Below, one piece after another: positions 8,459 through 17,662 of a stretch of 64,000 nucleotides of DNA. Both the position numbers and the translations under genes were made by a program. A model generated the notes under the pieces. That model was not told the DNA's origin. It saw only the letters and a list, made by a program, of their open reading frames with translations, and made no database searches. The stretch lies in the NCBI GenBank assembly GCA_038750505.1, contig JBCDHD010000020.1, positions 3,534 to 67,533 on the forward strand, in the 5' to 3' direction. The stretch comes from Bacteroidota bacterium. GTDB lineage: Bacteria > Bacteroidota > Bacteroidia > Flavobacteriales > Flavobacteriaceae. Numbering within the stretch: the stretch's first letter is position 1; each line of letters begins with the position of its first letter.

Positions 8459-8521
8459 TTGAATTTTGTACTTCCTTCGTTGAAAAGTATACGTTACACT
8501 ATCCGGTACACCCTACTTTTG
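8459..8521 (+). promoter_or_regulatory. direct-repeat activator-type site plus -7 box upstream of the AKR gene
   Basis: TTGAATTTTGTAC (8459-8471) and TTGAAAAGTATAC (8480-8492) start 21 bp apart. After a 21-nt gap comes TACTTTTG (8514-8521), an exact TAnnTTTG, 22 nt before ATG 8543. The same architecture occurs at 10373-10436. Confidence 0.45.
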
Positions 8522-8542
8522 GGTAACTAAAAAATTGAAATC

Positions 8543-9589
8543 ATGAAATACAAATTATTAGGAAATACAGGCTTACGGGTTTCTGAGGTAGCTTTGGGAA
8601 CAATGACTTTCGGTACAGAAGCCGGTTGGGGCGCCGATAAAGCAACCAGTAAAAAAATGTTTGATGCCTTTGTCAACGCTGGAGGGAATTTTATTGATAC
8701 CGCTAATGAGATCTATACGGGAGGCACCAGTGAAAAATTCACGGGAGAGTTTATCAAATCAAATCGGGAATACATTGTATTAGGCACCAAATATACCGAT
8801 GCCCTACCGGGCAATGATCCCAACAAAGCAGGGAATAGCAGAAAAAGCATGATACAATCCCTGGAGCGAAGTCTAAAAAGGTTAGACACGGAGTACATTG
8901 ATGTTTTCTGGGTACACGCTTGGGATTTCATGTCTCCCGTAGCGGAAGTAATGCGTGCTTTAGACGATATGGTACGCCAAGGAAAGGTACTATACCTCGG
9001 GATCTCGGATGCGCCTGCATGGGTAATTTCCAAAGCGAATATGTACGCCAAAATGAATGGATTGACTCCTTTTCAAGCTTCACAAATCGAATACAGCCTC
9101 GTACAGCGCACTGGGGAACGTGATTTACTACCCATGGCAAAAAGCGAAGGTATGACCACCCTAGGATGGTCTCCGCTGGCTTCGGGAATTCTTACCGGCA
9201 AGTACAGCAAAAAGAACGTGCAAGTAGCTGAACGTGGGAATCGCAGATTAGATACAGCGGCATTTGTTGCATTAAGTGATCGCAATTTAGCCATAGGGGA
9301 TAAAGTAGTGGAAATAGCAGCGAAAAATGAAGTAGCTCCTGCGGCTGTGGCTATTGCGTATGTAAAACAAAAAGACATCATCCCGATATTAGGAGGGACC
9401 AAGGTAAGTCATATTGCCTCCAACCTGGAAAGTATTACTTTTGAATTGACACGAGAAGATGTGGCCGTTTTGGATGAGATCAGCGCCATTGAACTGGGGT
9501 TTCCTCACGATTTTCTTAAAAGCACACAAGCGGTAACCTACGGCGGGCAATTTGAAAATATCCTGCATAACAGGCCTTTTTTGAACTAA
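8543..9589 (+). CDS. aldo/keto reductase
   Basis: MKYKLLGNTGLRVSEVALGTMTFG..., ..FIDTANEIY.GG.SE..G and ..GISDAPAW are typical of the AKR family. Confidence 0.9.
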   Translation: MKYKLLGNTGLRVSEVALGTMTFGTEAGWGADKATSKKMFDAFVNAGGNFIDTANEIYTGGTSEKFTGEFIKSNREYIVLGTKYTDALPGNDPNKAGNSRKSMIQSLERSLKRLDTEYIDVFWVHAWDFMSPVAEVMRALDDMVRQGKVLYLGISDAPAWVISKANMYAKMNGLTPFQASQIEYSLVQRTGERDLLPMAKSEGMTTLGWSPLASGILTGKYSKKNVQVAERGNRRLDTAAFVALSDRNLAIGDKVVEIAAKNEVAPAAVAIAYVKQKDIIPILGGTKVSHIASNLESITFELTREDVAVLDEISAIELGFPHDFLKSTQAVTYGGQFENILHNRPFLN

Positions 9590-9607
9590 TCAGTTACTCC
9601 CTGTTAA

Positions 9608-10312
9608 ATGAAAACGACAACAAACAAAATAGCTTTGGTAACCGGTTCCAATAGAGGGATCGGTTTTGCCGTGGTAAAGGGCCTTGCAGAACACGGGATC
9701 ACCGTAGTGCTTACCAGTAGAAACGAAAAGGACGGAATAGCCGCGTTAGAGCAATTGGATAGTGACAACGTGCACTATCATCCTCTCGATGTGACCTCCT
9801 CAGAAAGTGTCCAAAAACTGGTTGAATATGTTACCAAGGCATTTGGTCGATTGGATATATTGATCAACAATGCCGGTATCAATTACGACACCTGGCAAAA
9901 CGTTGGTAACGCCAATCTTGAAAATGTCCAGGAAACCCTGGATACGAATTTGATGGGGCCCTGGCGTATGAGTCAGGCTTTTTTGTCCCTGATGGAAAGA
10001 AATCATTTTGGCCGTATTGTAAATGTGAGTAGTGGGGCAGGTGAATTAGCGGCCTTAACCGGTGGAACCCCAGGATATAGTATTTCCAAAGTGGCGCTAA
10101 ACGCCCTAACCATTAGTATGGCAAGGCATCTTCAAAATAGAAATATTCTGGTCAATGCGGTTTGTCCGGGCTGGGTACGCACCGATATGGGAGGTGCCGG
10201 AGCTCCGAGAAGCCCGGAAGAAGGTGCTGCTACGATTATTTGGGCCGCGCTATTACCAGATGGGGGGCCAACCGCTAAATTTTTCAGAGACAAATCTGAA
10301 ATCGTCTGGTAG
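9608..10312 (+). CDS. SDR-family oxidoreductase (carbonyl-reductase-like)
   Basis: VTGSNRGIGFAV cofactor motif, NNAG, and the YSISK catalytic Tyr-x3-Lys. Confidence 0.9.
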   Translation: MKTTTNKIALVTGSNRGIGFAVVKGLAEHGITVVLTSRNEKDGIAALEQLDSDNVHYHPLDVTSSESVQKLVEYVTKAFGRLDILINNAGINYDTWQNVGNANLENVQETLDTNLMGPWRMSQAFLSLMERNHFGRIVNVSSGAGELAALTGGTPGYSISKVALNALTISMARHLQNRNILVNAVCPGWVRTDMGGAGAPRSPEEGAATIIWAALLPDGGPTAKFFRDKSEIVW

Positions 10313-10338
10313 CACCGCTTTCCTGTTACAGTATAAAA

Positions 10339-10361
10339 AGCCCAAAAAGTGGGCTTTTTTT
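10339..10361 (+). terminator. rho-independent terminator after the AKR-SDR pair
   Basis: AGCCCA-aaaag-TGGGCT hairpin followed by T7. Confidence 0.8.
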
Positions 10362-10372
10362 ATGCCGATTCG

Positions 10373-10436
10373 TTGAATTCCGTAGTAGCTCCTTTGAATT
10401 TTGTAGGCGGTACACTCGCGCCTGGCACTAGTTTTA
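10373..10436 (+). promoter_or_regulatory. direct-repeat activator-type site plus -7-like box upstream of the NTF2-hydrolase gene
   Basis: TTGAATTCCGTAG (10373-10385) and TTGAATTTTGTAG (10394-10406) start 21 bp apart. After a 22-nt gap comes TAGTTTTA (10429-10436). The 14-mer CTTTGAATTTTGTA is identical to 8457-8470. Confidence 0.45.
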
Positions 10437-10476
10437 CACCAGTACTAATTGATAACAAAAAATCCGTGTAAACACC

Positions 10477-12378
10477 ATGAAAAAAGCAATCGCAACAGTC
10501 ACTATCAGCATCATCCTGATAGCCTGTATAAACGAAACAACAACGAAAAACGAAACAAAGATGACTACGGCTATAATAACTACCGAAAGTGCGGAAAAAC
10601 AGATCGATAAGGTAATCCATACGTTGTTTACCAGCGTAGATCAACGAAATTGGGAGGCCGTGAAACAGACCATGACCGATTCCGTCTACACTGATTACAC
10701 TGCCTTAGGTGGGGATTCTGGTTTTAAAACCCCCTCAGAAATACTTGAGGGTTGGGAAGCCCTGCTTCCCGGTTTCGAACGGACCATTCATCAGGTGCAC
10801 AACAAAGCCATTTGGGTAGCTGGAAACAGAGCTACCGCCACAATAGATGCCATAGCAACCCATTACCTGGCGCAGGATTTCTGGACCGTATTTGTGGGGT
10901 ACGATACGGAATTTATCCGAGAAAATGGCATCTGGAAGTTAGCGCGAATCGATGTAAGCCTCTACGATCAAACTGGAAATGTAGAATTACCGCTTACCGC
11001 CTTGGAAAATGTAAAGACTGGAAATATTCCGCCGCTGACTATTGCCGGTAATAGTAATGCGATCGAGACCTTCTTTACGGGTTTGGAAGAGCGAGACCTC
11101 AAAAAAGTGTTGTCTGCGCTTGATGAAAATGTTGTTCAGGAAATGCCTTTTGCCCCTAAAAATTTTCCAAAGACCCTAAGCGGGATCGCAGCCATGGAAA
11201 GTCAGTATTCCAGGGTAATGGAATATACCCAAAAATATGATCGGGAATACTTTGGCACTTCCACTCCTAATGTCGTCCTGGTTAAATTTAAGGGTACCAT
11301 TACCACTGGAGAAGGTAAACCGTACAATAACTCTTATGTTGGGATATATACGCTTAATGACAATGGAAAAATCGAAAAATTTGTAGAGCAATTCAATCCC
11401 GATATACTACGCAACGGGTGGCCCGGACTACAACCCGAAACCTACTCGGTTCACAAAGCAGGAGCAGCAACAGATAGTGGCGTGGTACTTCAAGAAATAA
11501 GTTTCAATAGTAACGGCGCCCTGTTAAAAGGCCATTTGTTCCTTCCGCCACGTTTTGATTCAAACCGCACCTACCCGGCAGCAATCGTTACCGGTAGCTG
11601 GACCAGTGTAAAGGAGCAAATGCCGGACGAATACGCCAGTGTATTGGCCAAAGACGGATTTATTACACTCACTTTTGACTTTACAGGGTTTGGGGAAAGC
11701 GAAGGACAACCCCGTCAGGTTGAGGATTACCAACTTAAAATCCAAGATATACGATCTGCTGTTGATTTTCTAGAAGCCCACAAAAACGTAGATAGCCAAA
11801 GACTTTCCGGATTGGGAGTATGCGCCAGTTCGGGCTATATGGCTCATGCAACAGCGCAAGATGATCGTATCAAGAATTTGGTGCTGGTAGCGCCCTGGTT
11901 GCATAACCCGGAAATCGCCAAAGCGATTTATGATGCACGGCCTGGTGGAACAGTAGGCTTGTTGGAAGCAGCAAAAACTGCTAAAGTAAAATATGCTGAA
12001 ACCGGAGAAATGGACTATGTACTCGCTGCTAGTGAGCTAGACCCGCTAAGTGCAATGTACGTTCCCAATAATATTTTTGACTACTATCTAAATCCTGCAA
12101 AGGCCGCCGGCCCATACTACGACAATCGCTTTGCGGTAAGCAGTTGGGAACCCTGGTTAACTTTTGACGGTATCTCAGTGGGAGCAGCCATTTCACAACC
12201 TGTTTTCATCGTACATAGCGAAAGGGGGGCCGTACCGCAAGGGGCAAAACAATTCTACGAATTACTGAAAGGGCAAAAGGACATTACATGGCTCAATCAA
12301 TTCAATCAGCAGCAATTGTATTATGAGAGGGATGCTGTAAATGCGGCAATGCAGGAGGTAGTAAATTACTTAAAATAG
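10477..12378 (+). CDS. lipoprotein with two NTF2/SnoaL-like domains fused to an alpha/beta-hydrolase domain
   Basis: Lipobox ISIILIACI. There are two NTF2-like segments (..FTSVDQRNWEAVKQTMTD.. and ..FFTGLEERDLKKVLSALDENVV..). The C-terminal half has FDFTGFGESEG and a nucleophile-elbow-like GVCASSG. Confidence 0.75.
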   Translation: MKKAIATVTISIILIACINETTTKNETKMTTAIITTESAEKQIDKVIHTLFTSVDQRNWEAVKQTMTDSVYTDYTALGGDSGFKTPSEILEGWEALLPGFERTIHQVHNKAIWVAGNRATATIDAIATHYLAQDFWTVFVGYDTEFIRENGIWKLARIDVSLYDQTGNVELPLTALENVKTGNIPPLTIAGNSNAIETFFTGLEERDLKKVLSALDENVVQEMPFAPKNFPKTLSGIAAMESQYSRVMEYTQKYDREYFGTSTPNVVLVKFKGTITTGEGKPYNNSYVGIYTLNDNGKIEKFVEQFNPDILRNGWPGLQPETYSVHKAGAATDSGVVLQEISFNSNGALLKGHLFLPPRFDSNRTYPAAIVTGSWTSVKEQMPDEYASVLAKDGFITLTFDFTGFGESEGQPRQVEDYQLKIQDIRSAVDFLEAHKNVDSQRLSGLGVCASSGYMAHATAQDDRIKNLVLVAPWLHNPEIAKAIYDARPGGTVGLLEAAKTAKVKYAETGEMDYVLAASELDPLSAMYVPNNIFDYYLNPAKAAGPYYDNRFAVSSWEPWLTFDGISVGAAISQPVFIVHSERGAVPQGAKQFYELLKGQKDITWLNQFNQQQLYYERDAVNAAMQEVVNYLK

Positions 12379-12415
12379 TTTGGTAAATTGTTACAACAAG
12401 TAGAAAATAAACACT

Positions 12416-13261
12416 ATGAAAAATAAAGAAAAAAATACCATTTGGTTTATTACTGGAGCTTCTTCAGGGTTTGGTAAATCCCTGGCAGAACACGCTATCA
12501 ACAAAGGGTATAAAGTAGTAGCTACTGCAAGGAGAAAAGAAAAACTGGAAGAGCTACGGTCCGTTGCTCCTGAACAAGTCCTACCCATCCAAATGGATGT
12601 GACTAAGCGGGAAGAAGTAAAACAAGGCGTGGTTGAGGCCATAGCGGGATGGGGTAAGATTGATGTGCTCGTTAACAACGCCGGTTACGGCATTGTAGGA
12701 GCGCTGGAGGAAACCCCCGAGGAAGAATTAAGAAAGCAAATGGAAACCAATTTCTTTGGGGCCATAGCTGTTACCCAGGAGGCCTTACCTCACATGCGAA
12801 AAGCCGAAGGTGGGGCCATCGTAAATATGAGCAGCATGGGTGGCAATATGTCATTTGGAGGATTTAGTGCCTATTCCGCTTCAAAATTTGCTCTGGAAGG
12901 AGCTTCAGAGGCTTTAGCACAAGAGGTCGCACCGTTTGGTATAAAGACTATGATTGTGGAACCTGGTGCTTTCCGTACTGAATTTGCCGGAAATGCTTTG
13001 AAACACATGCCGAAAATAAAAGCTTACGATGCTATCGTAGGCAGCACTCGTGATTTTGCAAAGGAAATGCATAATACCCAGGAAGGAGATCCAAAAAAAG
13101 CAGCCGAAGCCATTGAAAAGGCGTTACTTTCTGAGAATACACCTCTACGTTTACAATTAGGCAAAGATGCGGTAGACGCCGTCAAAGCACATGGAGAGCA
13201 GTTGCTGGCCGACCTGGAAACATGGCGGGAAGTTGCTGAAAGTACTACGTTTGAAAGTTAA
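12416..13261 (+). CDS. SDR-family oxidoreductase
   Basis: ITGASSGFGKSLA, NNAGYG and YSASKFAL motifs. Confidence 0.9.
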   Translation: MKNKEKNTIWFITGASSGFGKSLAEHAINKGYKVVATARRKEKLEELRSVAPEQVLPIQMDVTKREEVKQGVVEAIAGWGKIDVLVNNAGYGIVGALEETPEEELRKQMETNFFGAIAVTQEALPHMRKAEGGAIVNMSSMGGNMSFGGFSAYSASKFALEGASEALAQEVAPFGIKTMIVEPGAFRTEFAGNALKHMPKIKAYDAIVGSTRDFAKEMHNTQEGDPKKAAEAIEKALLSENTPLRLQLGKDAVDAVKAHGEQLLADLETWREVAESTTFES

Positions 13262-13285
13262 AAAGCGGTAGTACCCCCGAGCCAT

Positions 13286-13322
13286 AAATCCATCAATGAT
13301 CTGAATTGATGGATTTATTTTT
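13286..13322. terminator. bidirectional hairpin between convergent SDR and MFS genes
   Basis: 12-bp perfect stem AAATCCATCAAT / ATTGATGGATTT (13286-13297 / 13305-13316), then ATTTTT. It overlaps the last codons of the minus-strand MFS gene. Confidence 0.6.
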
Positions 13323-14468
13323 GCTGATTGTCAAAAAAAGTAGCCCCAGAAACGCTAAAAACGAACAACCCAACATGGCGCCGGGAATATTTTCGTAGGT
13401 GCTTTGATAGTACCAACCTGAAAACAAGGCCCCTAACCCTATCCCTGCTTCCAGTGCTATAAACATGGTAGCCACTCCGGTTCCTTTTTTGTCTTCCGGG
13501 CTAAGGTCAAATGTCCAGGCGCTGACTGCAGGTGAGAGCATGCCCATGGAAAAGCCATAAATACCTGCTGCGAATAGTAAACCCTCAGGAGATTTTAGCG
13601 TGGCCATCAACAATAACCCGACCAGTAACACCAGTAAACCGATCATACTTATCGGCTTACGGCCGAGGCGATCCGATGCTTTGCCGGCCAAAAACCGGAT
13701 CATAAGTGAGGTAATTGTAAATACAATAAAAAAACTTCCTTTGTTTTTAATGCCTAAGAATTCGCTCCAATCCGGAATTAAAGTAAGTACCATCCCAAAA
13801 GCGGTATAGGACAAAAATGTGATGACCGCAGGCACGAATACTTCCTGGGCAATTATATCCTTTCCGGAAATTTTTAAAAGTCTCCATCGAAAGCGCTCCT
13901 TATTTACCAGAGTTTCCTGCAATCGTGCAATAAGGATCAGCGCCAATAAGGCCATAAGTGAAGAGCTGAGAAACAAGATATTGAACGAAAAGTGTAGTTT
14001 TATCCAACTCCCCAGGGCCGGACCCACAGCCAGGCCTGTGCTAAAGAACAGACTTTGGACTCCAAAAGCTTCACCCCAGCGCTGTGCAGGGATACTATCT
14101 GAAACGTAGGCTGCAATCGCAGTCGGGGTAAACCCGGTAGAAAAACCATGAAAAAGCCGTAAAAAAAGAAACCCTGCCACAGAACCTAAAACGGGATATA
14201 GTATTCCGCAAACTACACATACCATTGCGCCTATCACCATTACAGGCTTCCTCCCAATCGTATCGGTTAACACTCCGCTAAAAGGTCGGGAAAATCCTGC
14301 GGTAAGCGTAAATAAGGCAATGATCAAACCTATATATTCCGATCCTCCTAACCCGGAAAGATATCCTGGAAGTTCAGGAATGAGCATGTTGTAACTCGCT
14401 GAGAAAAACAAAGAACTCAAACACAATTGTCCAAAACGAAGGGTATAAATATTGGGTGTTGTTTGCAT
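13293..14468 (-). CDS. MFS transporter
   Basis: About 12 hydrophobic segments. Contains the GVLTDTIGRKPV and ASDRLGRKP loop motifs (D-R-x-G-R-K) typical of MFS. Confidence 0.85.
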   Translation of the reverse strand: MQTTPNIYTLRFGQLCLSSLFFSASYNMLIPELPGYLSGLGGSEYIGLIIALFTLTAGFSRPFSGVLTDTIGRKPVMVIGAMVCVVCGILYPVLGSVAGFLFLRLFHGFSTGFTPTAIAAYVSDSIPAQRWGEAFGVQSLFFSTGLAVGPALGSWIKLHFSFNILFLSSSLMALLALILIARLQETLVNKERFRWRLLKISGKDIIAQEVFVPAVITFLSYTAFGMVLTLIPDWSEFLGIKNKGSFFIVFTITSLMIRFLAGKASDRLGRKPISMIGLLVLLVGLLLMATLKSPEGLLFAAGIYGFSMGMLSPAVSAWTFDLSPEDKKGTGVATMFIALEAGIGLGALFSGWYYQSTYENIPGAMLGCSFLAFLGLLFLTISKNKSINSDH

Positions 14469-14557
14469 TCCAAAATGGTATCTTGCTGTAGTGTACTAGG
14501 CTTCGGCAAAGAAATAGGGTTTTCTACAACAACAAAAGGACATTTGTCCCAATAGAA

Positions 14558-15118
14558 ATGATCAGGATAAACAAGGCGTTTTTACAATACATTATAAAAT
14601 TGAATACCCTTGGCGTAGCCCCTGCCATTACACAAGAGTATGCTGCGAAAGGTGAAAAAATCATAACCCAACGCACTTCGGTTTTTTCGGTGCATGTCAT
14701 GGAGCAAGGAATGGCCAAATGTTATCTGACCGAGGATACCGGAAACGATTTTATCCAAGAGTTTTTTGGAGAAGGTGAGGTCTTCGGAGAGATCGAAGTA
14801 ATATCCAATGCCCTAAGCTTTTGTACAATTGAAGCCCTTACTCCCATATCTTACTTTAAAATTCCAAAAGCGGCCTTTTTGGATTTATTAAAGTCGGACG
14901 AATTATTTAACCGACTTGTACTGAAACTAATGGCCAATAAAATTAAATATACTGCGCTGCGACATTCCTATCATCAGTCTCATCCTTTGGAAGCCAACCT
15001 TAAAAAATTGTTACAGGAATTCCCGGATATGTTAAATAAAATCAACAAAAAGGATATCGCAAACTATTTAGGGATTACGGTACGTAGCCTGAATAGAATG
15101 ATCAAAGCGATGTCTTAG
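14558..15118 (+). CDS. Crp/Fnr-family transcriptional regulator
   Basis: cNMP-binding-like FFGEGEVFGEIE and a C-terminal HTH ..KKDIANYLGITVRSLNRMIK. Confidence 0.8.
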   Translation: MIRINKAFLQYIIKLNTLGVAPAITQEYAAKGEKIITQRTSVFSVHVMEQGMAKCYLTEDTGNDFIQEFFGEGEVFGEIEVISNALSFCTIEALTPISYFKIPKAAFLDLLKSDELFNRLVLKLMANKIKYTALRHSYHQSHPLEANLKKLLQEFPDMLNKINKKDIANYLGITVRSLNRMIKAMS

Positions 15119-15236
15119 CACTTTTGTACAATACAATACGCCGCTTCAGATTATCGAAAACAATATCTTCTCAACTTATTGTATATATTACACTAAGTAA
15201 TTATCTTTACTACATATTACAACTATAATCTAGACG

Positions 15237-15983
15237 ATGATCACTACAGAATCACAAATAAACACCTATATATCTGTTGATTGTGTAGTTTTTGGTTATG
15301 ATTCGGAAAAATTAAATGTATTACTTGTAGAAAGAACACTAAGTAGTAATAACTCACGATCAGATTTTCAATCGGACTGGACCCTTACCGGAAATCATGT
15401 ATTTGAAGGGGAGACCGTAAAGGAGGCAGCCATGAGAGTCGTATTTAATCTTACGGGCATATCCGACATCTATTTGGAACAGTTTAAAACTTTTGCAGAT
15501 CCCGGGCGGTTGCTAAAGCCCAAAGACCAAAAGTGGCTAAGGAGTATCGGAAAGGATCCGGAAGAAAGGGTGGTCTCCATCGGCTACCTTGCTTTGTTGG
15601 CAACACAGGATGTATCCCTGAAATGGAAAGGAAGAAGGGTAAAGTGGACACCCGTGAAGACCGTGGGCCAACTAGGCTTTGACCATAATGAAATATTGGA
15701 ACAAGCTATGGAAGCCCTTCGTAACAAAATGAAGCATGAGCCCATTGGTTTTGGATTATTACCTGAAAAGTTTACCCTTACACAATTGCAAACGGTATAT
15801 GAACAGATCTTTGATACGCATTTTGACAAGCGAAATTTTAGAAAGAAAGTAAACCGCATGAAATATGTGATCCCTTTGAATGAAAAACAAAAAGGGGTAC
15901 CTCACAAACCCGCACAGCTCTATATGTTCAGCAGGGAGGTATTTGAAAAAACAAAGAAGGAATTATTTGATTTTGTGATCTAA
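15237..15983 (+). CDS. NrtR-like regulator (degenerate Nudix domain plus C-terminal winged helix)
   Basis: Nudix-box position reads GNHVFEGETVKEAAMRVVFNLTG, so the catalytic REUxEE glutamates are replaced (RVVFNL). The C-terminal ..FTLTQLQTVYEQIF....DKRNFRKK is typical of the NrtR DNA-binding domain. Confidence 0.7.
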   Translation: MITTESQINTYISVDCVVFGYDSEKLNVLLVERTLSSNNSRSDFQSDWTLTGNHVFEGETVKEAAMRVVFNLTGISDIYLEQFKTFADPGRLLKPKDQKWLRSIGKDPEERVVSIGYLALLATQDVSLKWKGRRVKWTPVKTVGQLGFDHNEILEQAMEALRNKMKHEPIGFGLLPEKFTLTQLQTVYEQIFDTHFDKRNFRKKVNRMKYVIPLNEKQKGVPHKPAQLYMFSREVFEKTKKELFDFVI

Positions 15984-16000
15984 CCCAACCCATATCAACT

Positions 16001-17614
16001 ATGGAATCTTCAAAAAACCACAAACTATCCTTTCTCGAAAAAGCAGGTTATGCCCTCGGGGACGGAGCGGCCAACATCGCATGGCGGGGAGTAGCTACCT
16101 TCTTGTTTGTTTTCTATACAGATGTCTATGGCTTAAGCCCGGCATCGGTTGGATTGTTATTGCTGATTGCCAGGTCCAGTGATGGTATCAGCGACATCTT
16201 GATGGGAATTGTGGGAGATAGAACAACTACCAAATATGGAAAGTTCAGACCCTGGATCCTGTGGACAGCCCTACCTCTCGCAGCAACACTATCCCTCTTG
16301 TTTACAACCCCGGATTTAGGACCTACGGGCAAAATTGTATACGCCTATAGTACCTATATTATTTTCACCTTACTGTATACGGCCAATAATGTGCCCTATG
16401 GGGCATTAATGGGGGTTATCACTGGCGATGATAAGGAACGTACCGTCTTAGGTTCTTATCGTATGGTAGGCGCTTTTGCAGGAGGTATGCTCGTGCAAGG
16501 TGCCTTACTATTCCTCGTAGCCTTTTATGGGAATGTCAATCCAACCGTATCGGTTTTGGCGGTAGATGAAGACACCTATGCTGTTACGGTAAGTGCGCCC
16601 AGAGAAGTGGCCAACGCATATATTAAAACCGAAAGTGGCCTGGCAACCTTTACCTGGGCAGATGGAGAAACGCAAACCGACGAAACAACACATAGCATTA
16701 GCTTCTCAATGGAAGCAGATCAGAAATATGTTTTTCTTGTTCGTGGGGAATCTGGTATCGCAAAAACGGATATCACTATCATAGATCAGAAGAAAGGATA
16801 TAGTAATGCTATTTATCTCATGTCCGTGTTTCTGGCCTTGTTCTTATTTCTAACCTTTATCAGCACCCGGGAAAGGATACAACCCCCAAAAGAACAAAAG
16901 TCCAACTTAAAAAGGGACTTCTATGACCTCATCGGTAACAGGCCCTGGCTGGTACTCCTGTTTATTGGCTTACTTTTTAACGTTTATAATTCCATAAAAC
17001 AGGGTATTACCGTTATTTACTTTACCCATTATTTGCAGGATCAATTATTGTCTGCGTCCTATCTGATAGCGCTTATGGTAGCTTCCATATTAGGGGCTAT
17101 GGCTACCGGTTGGTTAGGACGAAAACTGGGTAAAAAGGAATTGTTCATTTATGCCTTGCTTTTTTCCGGGGCCGTTAATGCTTTACTCCTCTTTTGTGGA
17201 CCGGACAACGTTTTTTGGATATTCATCATAGGAACCGTCTCTGAATTTGCCGCTGCTGTCTTCCCCACCCTGTTCTTCGCTATGCTTGGCGATGCCGCGG
17301 ATTATTCGGAATTCAAAAATGGTCGACGCGCTACAGGTCTGGTATACTCCGCAGGTTCTTTTGCCACCAAGTTTGGCGGTGGCTTGGCGGGAGTGGTAAT
17401 AGGTACTATACTGGCTGCCTATCATTACGACGGTTTGGATCAGTTGGCGATTCAGGGGGCTATTCCCGGAATAATCATGTTGATGAGTTGGGTTCCCGCA
17501 ATCGTAGCCGTAATTGCTGCCCTTGTTATGGTGCGTTATCCACTTAACCAAGGTAAAATGGACGAGATCACAATAGAATTGAACCAAAGACGGCAAAAGG
17601 AATTGGCCGTCTAA
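16001..17614 (+). CDS. glycoside-pentoside-hexuronide (GPH):cation symporter with about 90-aa loop insert
   Basis: GDRTTTKYGKFRPW loop 2-3 signature of MelB/GPH transporters and 12 hydrophobic segments. Extra hydrophilic segment at residues 178-269. Confidence 0.85.
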   Translation: MESSKNHKLSFLEKAGYALGDGAANIAWRGVATFLFVFYTDVYGLSPASVGLLLLIARSSDGISDILMGIVGDRTTTKYGKFRPWILWTALPLAATLSLLFTTPDLGPTGKIVYAYSTYIIFTLLYTANNVPYGALMGVITGDDKERTVLGSYRMVGAFAGGMLVQGALLFLVAFYGNVNPTVSVLAVDEDTYAVTVSAPREVANAYIKTESGLATFTWADGETQTDETTHSISFSMEADQKYVFLVRGESGIAKTDITIIDQKKGYSNAIYLMSVFLALFLFLTFISTRERIQPPKEQKSNLKRDFYDLIGNRPWLVLLFIGLLFNVYNSIKQGITVIYFTHYLQDQLLSASYLIALMVASILGAMATGWLGRKLGKKELFIYALLFSGAVNALLLFCGPDNVFWIFIIGTVSEFAAAVFPTLFFAMLGDAADYSEFKNGRRATGLVYSAGSFATKFGGGLAGVVIGTILAAYHYDGLDQLAIQGAIPGIIMLMSWVPAIVAVIAALVMVRYPLNQGKMDEITIELNQRRQKELAV

Positions 17615-17662
17615 TACGGTAATCCAACACCAAAATAAAATCTAAACCTTATAGTACGTGAT

